The notes below the pieces were generated by a model, which saw only the letters and a list, made by a program, of their open reading frames with translations, was not told the origin of the DNA and did not search any database. Position numbers and translations under genes: made by a program. 64,000 nt of DNA from Mayamaea pseudoterrestris (lineage: Eukaryota). The stretch covers positions 186,001 through 250,000 of the forward strand of contig BROI01000005.1 in the NCBI GenBank assembly GCA_027923505.1, in the 5' to 3' direction. The number at the start of each line of letters is the position of its first letter. Position 1 is the stretch's first letter. Of this stretch, positions 30,218 through 42,076 are shown piece after piece.

Positions 30218-32365
30218 ATGCTTCGCGTTTTGCATCTATTAGTCTCCCTAGTGACCGTGACAAGCTTTCAGGTCCCGCATACTGGAGGATCCCGACGATC
30301 ATCGCAACTGCTGCCCCTGCTCGTCGCCAAGGACATTGGAACCAACAACAAAATCAACCTTGAGCAACAAGCACTTCCATTGGCTTCTCCAAATGATGAT
30401 TCAAGTGCATTCCAGCTACTCTCTGATTTAGCCGAAGCATGCATGCTCAAGAGCGACATTCAACGAGACGCCGTCGTGGTCGATCCAAAGAATGTTGGTA
30501 AATTTCAGCAGGCATCGTCCGCGTCGAACTGGATCCACGAGCCATCGGCGTTTGCACTGCAACAAGCCTTGAGTCAAGTACAGTTGCAATACTATTCGAA
30601 AAATACTGCAAGCAAAAGCAGTAAAGAAGACAACGACAGCAAGGCAACTCAGCAGGATGCCATTGCTCGTCGAGAGGAAGCTGGCTCGTGGATTCGATGG
30701 ATGAAAAGCGTACCAAGTCCAGCCATTGTTGACCTTACCAGCGATCTCCACAACTTGCTTGACACCAACTCTACAGTCCTCAAACTGCTGGACCAAAAAC
30801 CCGACGAGTTCAAGTCTCGACTATTCTGTCGCTTGCTCCTCTTTCCAAGTGGACTCGCACTCGACGGCCCCCTCGTGGAACCTCCCAACTCGATCGTCTA
30901 CGGCAAGCTCCTCTACGGCGGCGTCACCCGCTACCGCTCGCTCGAGTCATCGACTGGCACGAGCGCGCATGTCAACAGCAAGCGCGACGGCGCCCGCCGC
31001 GCCGGCGAACGCACCGCCATGCAAGCCCACGCGCCGTGCTGGCTCATGTTTGGCGGCGCCAAGCGCATGTATCAAGCGGTCGACGTGGGACCGGCGGCCG
31101 TCTTGGAGCTGGGACTCTTGCCGCGCAAGCGGGAGCTCATTGTGCCAGTGTCGTCCGACGAAACGTATGTGGCGACGCCACCGGGCATGGTCATGATTCG
31201 CAACGTGCCGTGGTCGCCGCATGAAATGTTTGGGTTTGTGAATGAACATGAGGATCAAGATAATGATAAAGACACAAGTGAATTGGACGATATTGCTAGT
31301 GCCGCGTCCATGTCCGGAATGAAACGTAACCAAGCGTTTCAGTCTGATTTCGAGTCCAGTGTGGGTGGGTTGTCGCTGCAAATCAACGCCATTGTTCGTC
31401 GCGTCTTGGATGGTCGAGTCATGCGCCCAGCGGATGAAGGCTCTATTCAAACAAAAGGAGAGGAATGGGATTCAACGACGCAACAACTTGCCACGGCGTC
31501 CTTGGAAGCTGCCGAACTAAAGCTGCTTGGTCTGGAACCAGTGAGAGGTTTGCTGCTATATGGACCGCCTGGCTGCGGCAAGACGGCACTGGCGCGTGAG
31601 ATATCTCGAGCTTTAAAGGCAAGGACGCCCAAGATTGTCGCTGCGCCCGAGCTTCTCGATCGATGGGTCGGTGGATCCGAAAAGGCAGTACGTGCCTTGT
31701 TTGCTGAAGCGGAGCAAGAATTGGCAGTCTGTGGAGGAGATGCCACGCGATCCGCGCTACACGTGATTGTCATTGACGAGATTGATGCAGTCTTTCGGAA
31801 GCGATCGTCTGCAGAAGATACAGGTGAATCAACGCGCTCGAGCGTGGTGAACCAAATCTTGTCCAAGCTGGATGGCATTAATGCTATACCGAATGTGTTG
31901 CTTATTGGAATGACGAATCGACGGGAATTGCTGGATGAAGCATTGCTTCGACCTGGACGGTTGGAAGTACAGATTGAGATTCCACTTCCCGACAAGGAAG
32001 GCAGGAGAGAAATTTTCCAAATTCATTTCGGGCCACTGCGGAGAAATGGGAGACTGAGCCAGCCACTTTGCCGCGCAATCGATGGCAAGCTGCCGCTTTC
32101 AGACATGCCGAGCATGTACATGCGAAAACGCGACTATGTAAAGAGAAAGCTTCGAGATGTGGTGGAGTTGATTCCGTCAATCTCTGGAGGAACGTACGAT
32201 TTGGCTGCTGATTCCGTGACTGGTGGTTTCTCCGGAGCCGACATTGCTGGCCTAGTACGTTGCGCTGGGTCCATTGCTTTAGCACGAGCCAGAATAGATG
32301 GAAGTGGCATTACGGGTATGCTAATAACGCTAGAAGATGTCAAGCAAGCGCTGGCAGAAGTATGA
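30218..32365 (+). CDS. NSF/Sec18-like single-domain AAA+ ATPase, putatively plastid-targeted
   Basis: Walker A GPPGCGKT, LHVIVIDEIDA, VVNQILSKLDG and GMTNRRELLDEALLRPGRLEV; N-terminal signal MLRVLHLLVSLVTVTS-F. Confidence 0.82.
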   Translation: MLRVLHLLVSLVTVTSFQVPHTGGSRRSSQLLPLLVAKDIGTNNKINLEQQALPLASPNDDSSAFQLLSDLAEACMLKSDIQRDAVVVDPKNVGKFQQASSASNWIHEPSAFALQQALSQVQLQYYSKNTASKSSKEDNDSKATQQDAIARREEAGSWIRWMKSVPSPAIVDLTSDLHNLLDTNSTVLKLLDQKPDEFKSRLFCRLLLFPSGLALDGPLVEPPNSIVYGKLLYGGVTRYRSLESSTGTSAHVNSKRDGARRAGERTAMQAHAPCWLMFGGAKRMYQAVDVGPAAVLELGLLPRKRELIVPVSSDETYVATPPGMVMIRNVPWSPHEMFGFVNEHEDQDNDKDTSELDDIASAASMSGMKRNQAFQSDFESSVGGLSLQINAIVRRVLDGRVMRPADEGSIQTKGEEWDSTTQQLATASLEAAELKLLGLEPVRGLLLYGPPGCGKTALAREISRALKARTPKIVAAPELLDRWVGGSEKAVRALFAEAEQELAVCGGDATRSALHVIVIDEIDAVFRKRSSAEDTGESTRSSVVNQILSKLDGINAIPNVLLIGMTNRRELLDEALLRPGRLEVQIEIPLPDKEGRREIFQIHFGPLRRNGRLSQPLCRAIDGKLPLSDMPSMYMRKRDYVKRKLRDVVELIPSISGGTYDLAADSVTGGFSGADIAGLVRCAGSIALARARIDGSGITGMLITLEDVKQALAEV

Positions 32366-32672
32366 GGAAGGTGCTGCCACCTGAAGCCCCCTCGCATATC
32401 GATCAATATGGTCGGTAATAATTTTGACGCGATCAACATAACATATTAATAAAGCTAAACAAAGTTCGGAAAATTCCAAAAGCCCGGTGCGAACAGTGCA
32501 TCTCTGAATTTGAAGAAAATCGCTCCTCGCTTATTTAGACAAACGTATGAGCTTTTTAGTCGTCACATAATTTAACTGTAATCTTACGTAGCATGTCCGG
32601 ATTAGTCTTGCATGAAAAAATTCTTCTATCTATTGAACACTCTGTAACGTTTTTAGTGGGGTATTTAGGCAA

Positions 32673-34726
32673 TCAAGTATCAAAGAAACTGCCCATTGAC
32701 CCCGAATCCTCATCGTCATCTTCCTCATCCGACTGATCGGCTTGCGATCGCTTGTTTCGTTCCAAAGGTACTGGGATACTGGTTCCTCTGGGAATAGGGG
32801 GGATGGGACTACATTTGTAAAAATCTGGATCAGATTGTGGATCTCCAGGCTGCCGTGTGCCTTTACCATTGACTCGAGTGCGCCGCATTGTGAACGCAAG
32901 CTCGGGCCGTCCTCGCAAAAAGTTGGGATTGTGGTAAGCTCCTTTATCCGCCAAATTTTTAGTAATTCTCGAGAAACCATACATGTGCAATTGACGCTGG
33001 AAAGAAGCATATCTTGATTGATTGAAATGGACTGGACTCAGCTCATTCACAAATCGGTTGACGTCGCGGACAATGAATGCTCGGCCATGTGGGAGCCATG
33101 ACATGACATCAGTCTCACCATCTGCTTCCAACTTGTCCAAAATGCGCTGCAGCCTAAGTGGAAAAGCTGCATGGATGCTATTAAGGTCTTTTGACAAAGA
33201 ATCCGCTTTAGGTTGACTCGCCTTGAGAGCTTCCATGGTGAGTGGCTGCCCTGCAGTGCCTGCAAGTGCTAACACTTTGGCAACAGGTACTGGTGGGGTG
33301 ACTGCCTTCTTTTGAGCTGCTGTTCTGGTGGCACGCATTGAGGCATCCACCTTTTTATGTGCAACCATTGGCAGTGGTGGGAAGTCACCTAGATTTGGCT
33401 CCTCTGTGGGGTTGCCAGCTGTACGAATACCATTCCCATTCACCTTCTCTCGTTGCATGCGCTTGGCAAGAAACTTCTTGCCTCGCAGAAACAGGGGATG
33501 GTAGTATGACTGTTGGTCTGGTCCTGGTCTGCAAAGCCTATAAAAAATGTTGAGACAAGGTGAGCACAGTTTCTCCATGACTGAAACTGTCAAAGTTGTT
33601 ACATCCAAAAAATGGCTCACCTCTTGAAATGATACAGGTTCAATTGACGAAGAAAGGAGCTCTTTTTAGTCATTACGAAATATCTTGGTAACACTACATC
33701 CACGAATTCCTTTTGTTTGAAGATTTTGAAGGAGCGACCGTGAGGAAGCCAGCCGAAAATGTCGCCGTTTCCTTCCGACTCAATTTGGTGCAAAGTCTCA
33801 TGCAGCTTCAACGGAAAGGCCCAGCTCGTAGACGAGAGTGCAGGCGTCCCTTCAATGGTATTAGTTGCGACAATGTGTTCCAGTTCTCCGTGCTGTGGCG
33901 TTTCCTTGGAGTAGTCGCGATAGTCGTGACGAACGAGCAGCCGCTTCGTCTGCCTCTCACTCGTCACGGCAATAGGCGGCAGCTTCCTGTAAGTCGAAGA
34001 GTCGTCTATAGTCTTTCTTTTGATAGGCTGCGCCGTCTCGTGTATCTGCGAACTTATGCGGGCGAGCATATCAATGGAAGTGCTGCGGTGCACCATAGTG
34101 TCTGGGCGAGCGCCAACGCTCGAGCTGCTCACCACCATGGCTGGTTGCGGCATCATGTCCGAGACTTGCTGCTGCTGTTGTTCGACTTGATCCCACGTCG
34201 AAGGAGGCACAATGACTCCAGTGCGAGCTTGTAGCTCGTTCGGACTGGTCGTGTAAATGCCCAAGAGCGCAATGGAAGCGCAAAAGTTCTCCTCCGCAAC
34301 GACGAGTCCTCCGATCGAAACGTTAAACGGAAGAACTTGAATGTTTGGAGGAACTAGTAATCTCAATCGTTCAACATCGACAGACATGAGTTCCAAAGGT
34401 TCGTCGCCTGACGTGGGTTTTGCCGGCACTCCCAGCTTCACTTGAATCTGCAAGTCGTTCTGCTGCAGAAGCATCCGCATCGTGACGGCGGCACGATCCA
34501 GGGCATCGAGAACGGCCTTTGCTGCCGTGACTGTTGCATCATTCGCGGCAGACTGAAAGTTCGCGTCAATGCCAAAACCGACGAAGCTTGCGAGGGTAGT
34601 CGAAGGCATAGCTTCGATGGATGCTACTGCATCATCAGAGGCTGCCGGTGGCGTGCGCGAGAGTTGCTGAAACGCTGCAATAGTTGCAGCAGTCTCGTCC
34701 TCCCCGCCACTTTGATCGTCATTCAT
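32673..34726 (-). CDS. Heat-shock-factor-type transcription factor with two HSF DNA-binding domains and an N-terminal Lin0512-like domain (intron 33538-33620)
   Basis: DBD1 FPLKLHETL...WLPHGRSFKI...SFLRQLNLYHFKR|LCRPGPDQQSYYHPLFLRG; DBD2 FPLRLQRIL...WLPHGRAFIV...SFQRQLHMYGFSRI...AYHNPNFLRG. Confidence 0.88.
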
Positions 34727-35469
34727 AGTCCTATTACGTAGCTAGACTGTAAGATGCGATAAGCAATATAATAGTGTAGAAGGAGCACAAAGGATCCGAG
34801 TGTCGGACACTTTCTTCGGATGGCTCCAGCGCGATGCGAAACGAACCGTCCGTAAGGTGAGAACCAAGCGCCGCGCGCAATAAGTTGAAGAAAGGAACCA
34901 ATCAAATCCAAGGATGACAGAATGGATGGACGCTGTGCACCGACGTTCGTGCGATGACAGACGTCCTGTTAGCTAACAGATCCATCCAGGCGAACTTGCA
35001 AGCTAAAGAAGCACGGTGCAGTCAGCAACGAAGTACCTAACGTAGCCAAAATGGATGCGAGTACAGTAGTAAGTAGTTATATAAGTAGATATACAAGACT
35101 ACTACCGTATGTATCTACAAAATTTCTACTTAAAAAAGCCGTACCAGACAAGTCGAAAATTGCGCTGAAACCTTGTCGTGGGCAAAGCTGACAAACCAAG
35201 AGCGGTCGAGACCTGAAAAAGAAGTGAACTCAACAATTTCTTCAAACAAACGTTTGAACAAAATGGATACTTGGTCAAGCGACATCTTCCAAGGCACTGT
35301 GCCAGTCGACTACACTCTTTCAAGCACCTTGTAAACCAGCATCAGCTATAAAAAACATTACAACAGCAATACAAACGGTAGAACAGTCTCGATCGCAGCT
35401 GGCAGCTGGTCTTGCAGTGCATGAGCAGCTTCTTCTTTTGCTTCACATCATCCGGGGGCGCCGCTGATT

Positions 35470-36357
35470 TCAATTGGCAGCGCTAACACCAACAGCGTCG
35501 GCATCATCCACTGCACTGACCGCCTCTGAACGCGCTTCCTCAGCATTTTCAACAATTCCATTCTCCACGTCATACGGATCAACAATAAAGTCTCGGCGAC
35601 AGCAAGGACAGAGTGGTCCGTCGCGTTGCCGCAGCAGCCACTGCTCAGCGCATTCCACATGAAACACGTGCTCGCAGAGCTTGTTGGACGACCAAACGAC
35701 ACTGGAACCGATTTCGTAAGGCGTCAAGCAAATGGTACATGTTCCTGCCACTACTCGTTTGGAGCAGCATGGCTCGTCCATGTAGAGACCTGCCGCTGGG
35801 ACACGGATTGCCTTGAAGGATTCCTCATCGTCACTCTCCTGGTCCGTGTACGGATCATTTTTAGTCTGCATTTCGTCGGTCATTCTCTCCACAAAGTCTT
35901 CTTCCTTTAAAGTCTAGTGTCAACGTGAAAAATACGATTGTAAGAGAATACTGAGTTCAAATTGCGGTCCATAATTCCAAGGCTCGGACAGTATCTTGCT
36001 GCGCGCCATCCAGGTTCGTACCAATTTGACGGGCACCATGAGCTGCATAATCCTCGCCTTACGCTCCTCCAAGTACTTTCGTTTCGCCGCCAATGACTCG
36101 GCTCGATTCACTTGCGTCGACTGCTCCAACACGGTCCTCATTCGTTCGGACTCCAGCCGCGCCAGTCGCTGCTCGCGTCGCGACTCAAAGTAGCAGCGAA
36201 TGTAGTAGAGTAATGGAATGACAAAGCAAAAGGCGAGGATTGACAAGTACAAGACGGTAAAGATGAAGCGGCCTCGATCTGCAGTTGATTCATTTTTTCT
36301 GTCTTGAAGGAACCTTGCTGCGAGTTGGTGCGCGCTAATGCTGTCGTGATGCTCCAT
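35470..36357 (-). CDS. Membrane-anchored RING-H2 E3 ubiquitin ligase (intron 35914-36021)
   Basis: TM FIFTVLYLSILAFCFVIPLLYYI; RING CTICL...CEHVFHVEC...WL...CPCCR; in-frame splice VKL|TLKEEDF. Confidence 0.87.
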
Positions 36358-36794
36358 GATATTATTGACTCTTTCGACAGGCACTTGAGCTTGTACCGGT
36401 AGTATAGTCAGCTGAGCACAAAATGGTAACTAGAGAAAACAGGAAGCAAGGAAGGTTTCGACAAAACTGGAGACCAGGGTTTGCAACAGAACCCACGCGA
36501 GATGAAAGCAACCAAGCAGCTGCGCGTTTCAGTCTTTTCACGATCTTTTCAGTCACGAGTGAAGACGCTCGCCAATTTCTCGCGCCAAAGTTGAGCCAAA
36601 AGATACGCTTCGAACTGCGTGCGTCAGCTCGCACCTTGGGGCATATCAAGAGCCACTGGCAGCAGGCGTCAACTTCGACGAAGCTCCACAGCCGAGCTCG
36701 CTTGCATCGGATCCGATCTCAACTGCTGCCGCTTGCTTGCGATACTTATCTTTCTTGGTCTTCTACAACTTGACAGTAAATACATAGAACTACC

Positions 36795-37659
36795 ATGAAG
36801 CTCTCCAGTATTCTCTTTGTCTCATCCTGCGTGGTTGTCTCTGCCTTTGGCGTCAACCCATCGCCTGGTCTCTCCGCCACCAAGGCGTTTAGCCCCGCCT
36901 TTCGAACCACCACGAGTTTGGATAGTCCGCTCTTTCGCGACGTGAACCGCGTCCGTGGAGGTGCCGTCCCGGGATGGGCCGCCTACAATGACGCGCTCGA
37001 CCGAAAGCCGCTGGTGACCAAGGCCATGACTAGTTTGGTGGGATGGGGTCTTGGAGACATTTTGGCCCAGGTAAGGAGAATGGGTTCGCAGGGCAGCAGT
37101 ATTTTGCAGTTGCTGGTCTTCCGAGTGCTGCCAAAGGCTTGATTAGTTTGTAGCAAAGAGGAAGCTAGAATTTGAGTCTCCATATTGAAGCTTTATGTCG
37201 TTCAGTATCTCACGACTTCTTCCTCTTCGCCTTTCCTCTCAACAGATCTTTATCAGCGGAGGTCCCTTCGACTGGAAGCGATTCATTACGCTCTCAGCCT
37301 TTGGTCTCCTCTACCACGGACCATCGGGCCACTACTTTTACAACTGGCTCGACAAGCAAATCCCAGGAAAATCCGCCAAGGATGTTGCCAGCAAGGTTGC
37401 CATTGACCAAATCTTTTGGTGCCCCATCTTCATGACTGTCTTTTTCACCTACCTTGGCCTCGTCAATGGCGACTCCCTCGCCACCATTGCCAACAAGATC
37501 AAGGTTGATCTTCTTTCCGCATGTCAAGCAAGCTGGAAGGTCTGGCCCATTGTCCATGCCTTCAACTTTAGATTCATCAAGACCCAGCACCGATTGGTCT
37601 ACCTCAACTCGATCCAGGTTGCCTTCAACATGTTCCTCAGTATCTTGGGATCAAAGTAA
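36795..37659 (+). CDS. Mpv17/PMP22 family membrane protein, putatively plastid-targeted (intron 37071-37245)
   Basis: PLVTKAMTSLVGWGLGDILAQ|IF, GPSGHYFYNWLD, KVAIDQ and SWKVWPIVHAFNFRF; N-terminal VVVSA-F signal. Confidence 0.9.
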
Positions 37660-38100
37660 TTTAATGAAGTGTAATGGTGTTTGGCGAGTTGGCTTTGCTG
37701 TCAACTTAATGTTATAATAAGCGCTATAAGTTACAAATAGCAATGTTTCTCTGTATGCGCCTGCATGAAGCTACCGTAGCTAAGACGTTGAAAGTCGCTT
37801 GGATATACTTTCTTTCTGCTTCTCGTTGCTTGACAAGAAATTGGCAGCAAAGCTAATAGTGACCTGCAAGTATTCTCTGCCGAGGGACTGGTGTCTTGAA
37901 TAATGGACGATGTACGGTATATACTGCTCGGCAGCTACAACACCACGCAGGTGGACAGGCAGAAAAGGACGCAGGTAGATTCACTAGAGAGAGCCGAAAA
38001 TGTAAGCCAGTTCTTATAACACGCATCAAGCGTTTCACTTCATCCTCCTAAAACTTTCGCTGGACGTTTTTATAATCCTATTAAATACTAGTGAGGTATG

Positions 38101-40144
38101 TTAGCTTTCCACCGTCACAAACCCTCCGCCGCCACTGCTACCACCCCCACTTCCTTCTCGATGAAGTTGAAAGGCCCAGTCAAGTTGACGCATTATAGGT
38201 AAAAGCATCTTTCGCATTGTTTCTCCGGTATCTGTCTGTGGAAGCTGATTCCGCATTTGTTCCATTTCGCGGTAGAAGCTTTCCATGCCGCGAACAATGC
38301 GCCCAATTTTCTCAGTGGTAGTAATATGCTGGTCACTGATCTTTCGCAAGCCGTAAAAGTGACGAAGAAGTTCCGACGATCGTCCAAAGTACAGTTGCAG
38401 ATTGTTTCGGAACTCCTCGGGTAGCTTCTTGACAGCTTCCAACGAGGCTTCCTCGGTTTTTGAATCGTTGACCATTTTCTTAGTCAAGGCAGCCAAAAGT
38501 CCTCGACCCAATGAAGCTGGAGGGAAGCAGGATGCAGGCAAAACATCTTCCAAGTCAGTTGATTTTGCCACCGTTCCTATTTGCGCCGCCACAGAGTTGG
38601 CAAATGCGATATGTAGCCGAACAGCTTCTTGTTCCGCTTCCGGCGACTGATCAGCCGTTTCCTTTCCTCTTAGCCCAGAATAGTAAGCTTCTACATTGCT
38701 GAGCGTTAATTGTTCATATTCCTGGTGCACGCCAAGTCCAGCCGCATGATCTGCATCTCCTTCGCTCGCCGACGCAAAGGCGACGAGATTTCGCATCTCC
38801 TTATCCAAGCCGCCACCAGCGTTTGCGTCTTGGTCACCATGCAGTACTTCGTTGACGCTCTTCCTTGCCACCTGCTGCAGGTCCGAGCCCGCCACTGCGT
38901 CGTCTGGATGTAAAACCATGGCCCAATGACGATTGTATTTTTGAATGACGCGAGCGCCCTTGCCGTCGTCGGCCTGATTGGGTGGAAAATTGTCCTTTGG
39001 TTCAAGCAAATGCCCTCGTTCCGTTTCAAACGTGCTCGCCAAGTCAAACTGTCCACAAGCCAGCCGCCGACCCCACGCGCGGCGATTCGTATCTCCAGCA
39101 GCATTTGCATCCGCCGCTTGCTGCTTTTTAATCTTTTGGTCGTAGCGTGAAAACAAGTCATCCGTACCGACTGCTGCCGCCCGCGCTTCCTGCTCCTCCA
39201 CGGAAGGTCCTGCCGTCTTTTTCGGTCGCTTACTTTGATTACTTGCCGGATCCGCATGATTCCTAGCCGCCTCGCCCATTCGTCCGCGATCGCGATGAAA
39301 GTATTCGCTTTCCAAATACTTGCGCCAAAACTGCTCATCCGACAACTCGAGCGGTACCTTTTCTTCATATGCCTGCAGTAGAGATGTAAGTGAAAGTGCA
39401 TAAGTAACCACAAAGAAAGTATCTACCCAAATATTTCAGTCGCTAGCCAGTACATACCTTATGCACTGCTGGATAGAGTATAAAAATTTGTCGCATTTCC
39501 TCCACGCCCAACACAATGCGGCCCGAGCTTGGCAAGTGCGACGCAAAGAAGGACGACGTTCCAGACTTGCGCACGCCCGAAATCTTGGCATACTCCTCCT
39601 CGAGCAATGACTGATGCGTTTCCCAAAAGTCGTTTTCGGCCAGTGTTTGCGTTTCGCAAACTAAATGGGAGTGTTGCTTGCGCAGGGCGGGATTGGCGGC
39701 CAAGAGCGCCGAGCGTGTCACGGCTAATACCGTAGGATCAAGATCATCAAACGCTGTAGCATTACTAATCTTGTCGTTTCTGTAAACGTCTGTCAAAGTT
39801 CGCTTCTTAGTGGCGGAGCCATTTATGTTGTCGCTGCTTCGTGAGCGCAGGAGTCGGTCGGTTATTTCGTTTCGAACGCCCTCCAAATCATTTCGATTCG
39901 CCAATTGAAAGGTCAGATTAGTCGAATTCTGCAGTATTATTTTCAATAGCGGTTTCGGATAGGTAGCTGGACTGACTTGATGCTTTGACACGGTGCTCCA
40001 TGGAATGACAGCAAGAGACGACGAAGACGCTCGAGTCTGAAAGGTCAGCTGCTCGGAGGTGAGCGTCAAGGCGCCTTGCTGCTTTTTGTGCAATACATTT
40101 TCGTACGTCAATTTATTCTGATCGACATTTATAGATTCGGCCAT
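38101..40144 (-). CDS. GTF2H1: TFIIH subunit p62/TFB1 (PH-like and BSD domains; intron 39373-39457)
   Basis: N-terminal PH-like domain (HQVSPATYPKPLLKI); LLAANPALRKQHSHLV..ENDFW; QIFILYPAVHK|AYEEKVP..LSDEQFWRKY; ELLRHF. Confidence 0.8.
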
Positions 40145-40675
40145 GGTTTTGCAAACACTTTTGTAACACTAAGCCAATCGAAGAAGAAGAAAAGTGATGG
40201 CAGATCGTTTTTGTTTGGTCGTCGCGTTCCGTCGAATCCCGACACATTTAAGTGGTGGTACGATCTTTTCAGTACCGGTACGATTGCAGTTATGCTTGAC
40301 CAAACGGGATCACCATGAGTCTATATGATCTCTATACAACTCTTCTCGTCAACATCAGTTGTGTATATGTAGATGCTGCATGTCCATTTTTCTTTTACAG
40401 GTTAATGTAGTTTAGGAAATTCTTGCATAGGGCGATTTCGCAATTTGCCTGTCTCCTTGTGAAGTGGACTAACAGTAAGTCGACTATGATACCAACGTCT
40501 TTTGTGCTGGCCAAAAGTGTTTACGGCTCACAAGTGAGACCTTGGATTTCCACAAAAGACTGGTGACCTGCCTTGCACGTCCTTGTCTGTCATGGCCCAT
40601 TCTCCGCCTTTGTCAGTCGGTGCCCAGTTGGCGATCTGCATTGGCTCAACATTCGGCGACGATCAATTGTGTACC

Positions 40676-41864
40676 CTAGTAGAAAGATTCGTCTTCATAC
40701 AAGACATTCGTCACATTGCCCTTGTTGACACCGGTAGCACTAATGGTGTTTGTCAAGGCGCCTTTGGAGTGCGCGTAACCAAGCGCCATGACGAGCATAA
40801 TGCCAACCACAGCCACTTTCGAAAAGAGATTCGAAAAGATTCGTTTTGGTAATGGTTCTTCCACGTCCGCTCCATTGACAGGGAAAGCGTTAGCATCGTG
40901 TTCGGATTCCTCCTTGCCTGTGAAGAGCAAAAATTGTGTGATCAAGGCATACATTGTCAACAGCGCTGCTATAAGAAATGGGCTCAATGTATGTTTGTTT
41001 ACCTGCATGCTCCTTGTCGTCATTGTCATGTTGGTGCTTGTCAAGCGCTGCTTTGCCATCCGATTCAGTGTCGTCAAAAGCATGGTTTGCATTGCTTAAA
41101 GTGTTTGGTGATGACTGCCGCACATTGCCAAACGCAGGCGCTTTTCGCAGCGGTCGCGGCGCATCAATGTGACCCTTTGTTGCATTGATCAACGATTTGG
41201 CGCTGCCAAAAGACGTGTGCGGAGCAGCTAGCAGGTCTAAGGGCAGCCCGTGCGTGACAGCTTGCTTGTCGTTTGTTGCTTCGCTTGTCGTGAGGGCTAG
41301 CGGTGGACGCGCAATGCCAGCAGCAGCTGGCTCGTGAGCATGATGAACGGTTGATGCAGCTGCATTGCTCGAGCTCGTTGCAGGCATTTGTATAGAGGTT
41401 GTCCTGAATAAGGTGATTCCATCCTCCACTTGCACCTTGCGCTTTTTGGCTTCTCCGCTGTCGCCATTACTGACAACTTTGGTCATGTATCCATCGTCTT
41501 TCATAGTTTCTCTATTTCTGTCGTCCAAATCACCGTTTGACGTGCTGCAAGAGCTACCGGTAGCGTCATCGTCATTCCTTTTGTTTGGAGATGTTGCTTC
41601 GTCATGGGTTCGCTTTCGTGAATCATCATCACGCATATTCACGTCAAGGCCATCTGCGACGATGCATCGTTGGTCAATGCCATTGTCCTTTAACGTCGGA
41701 ACAGTTTCCGTAGTCGGGCCAAGCTTGCTTTGGCAAGTGATTGCTTCGTCTGCAAACGCTTCCGAGCGATTGCTGCAATGATCATGGTGCTGCGTGAGCT
41801 TGCCTTGCTGCTCGCCTTTCGCATTGCAGTCAGCTCTTTCGCAGCACCATGATTCGGAGGACAT
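40676..41864 (-). CDS. Hypothetical disordered protein with C-terminal TM segment (probable intron near 40918-41001)
   Basis: Long low-complexity ORF; GT..AG near KEHA|GKEESE joins it to KVAVVGIMLVMALGYA. Confidence 0.5.
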
Positions 41865-42076
41865 GCTAGTTGATGATTGTACCGATAGAATGAGATTGGT
41901 AGCGTGTTCCTTGTCAACAACTACAAGATGAGAGACAAGGTGCATGGACGTTTTGCCTCGTTTGCTTTCCTCGAAGCGATCCGAAGAGCTAATGAAAATG
42001 TCGCAAAGGTTCTAAATGAGTCGTAGCGGTACTTTCAATTTGTTTTTCGAGATCCGTTCAAAACTCCGTCGCCACC

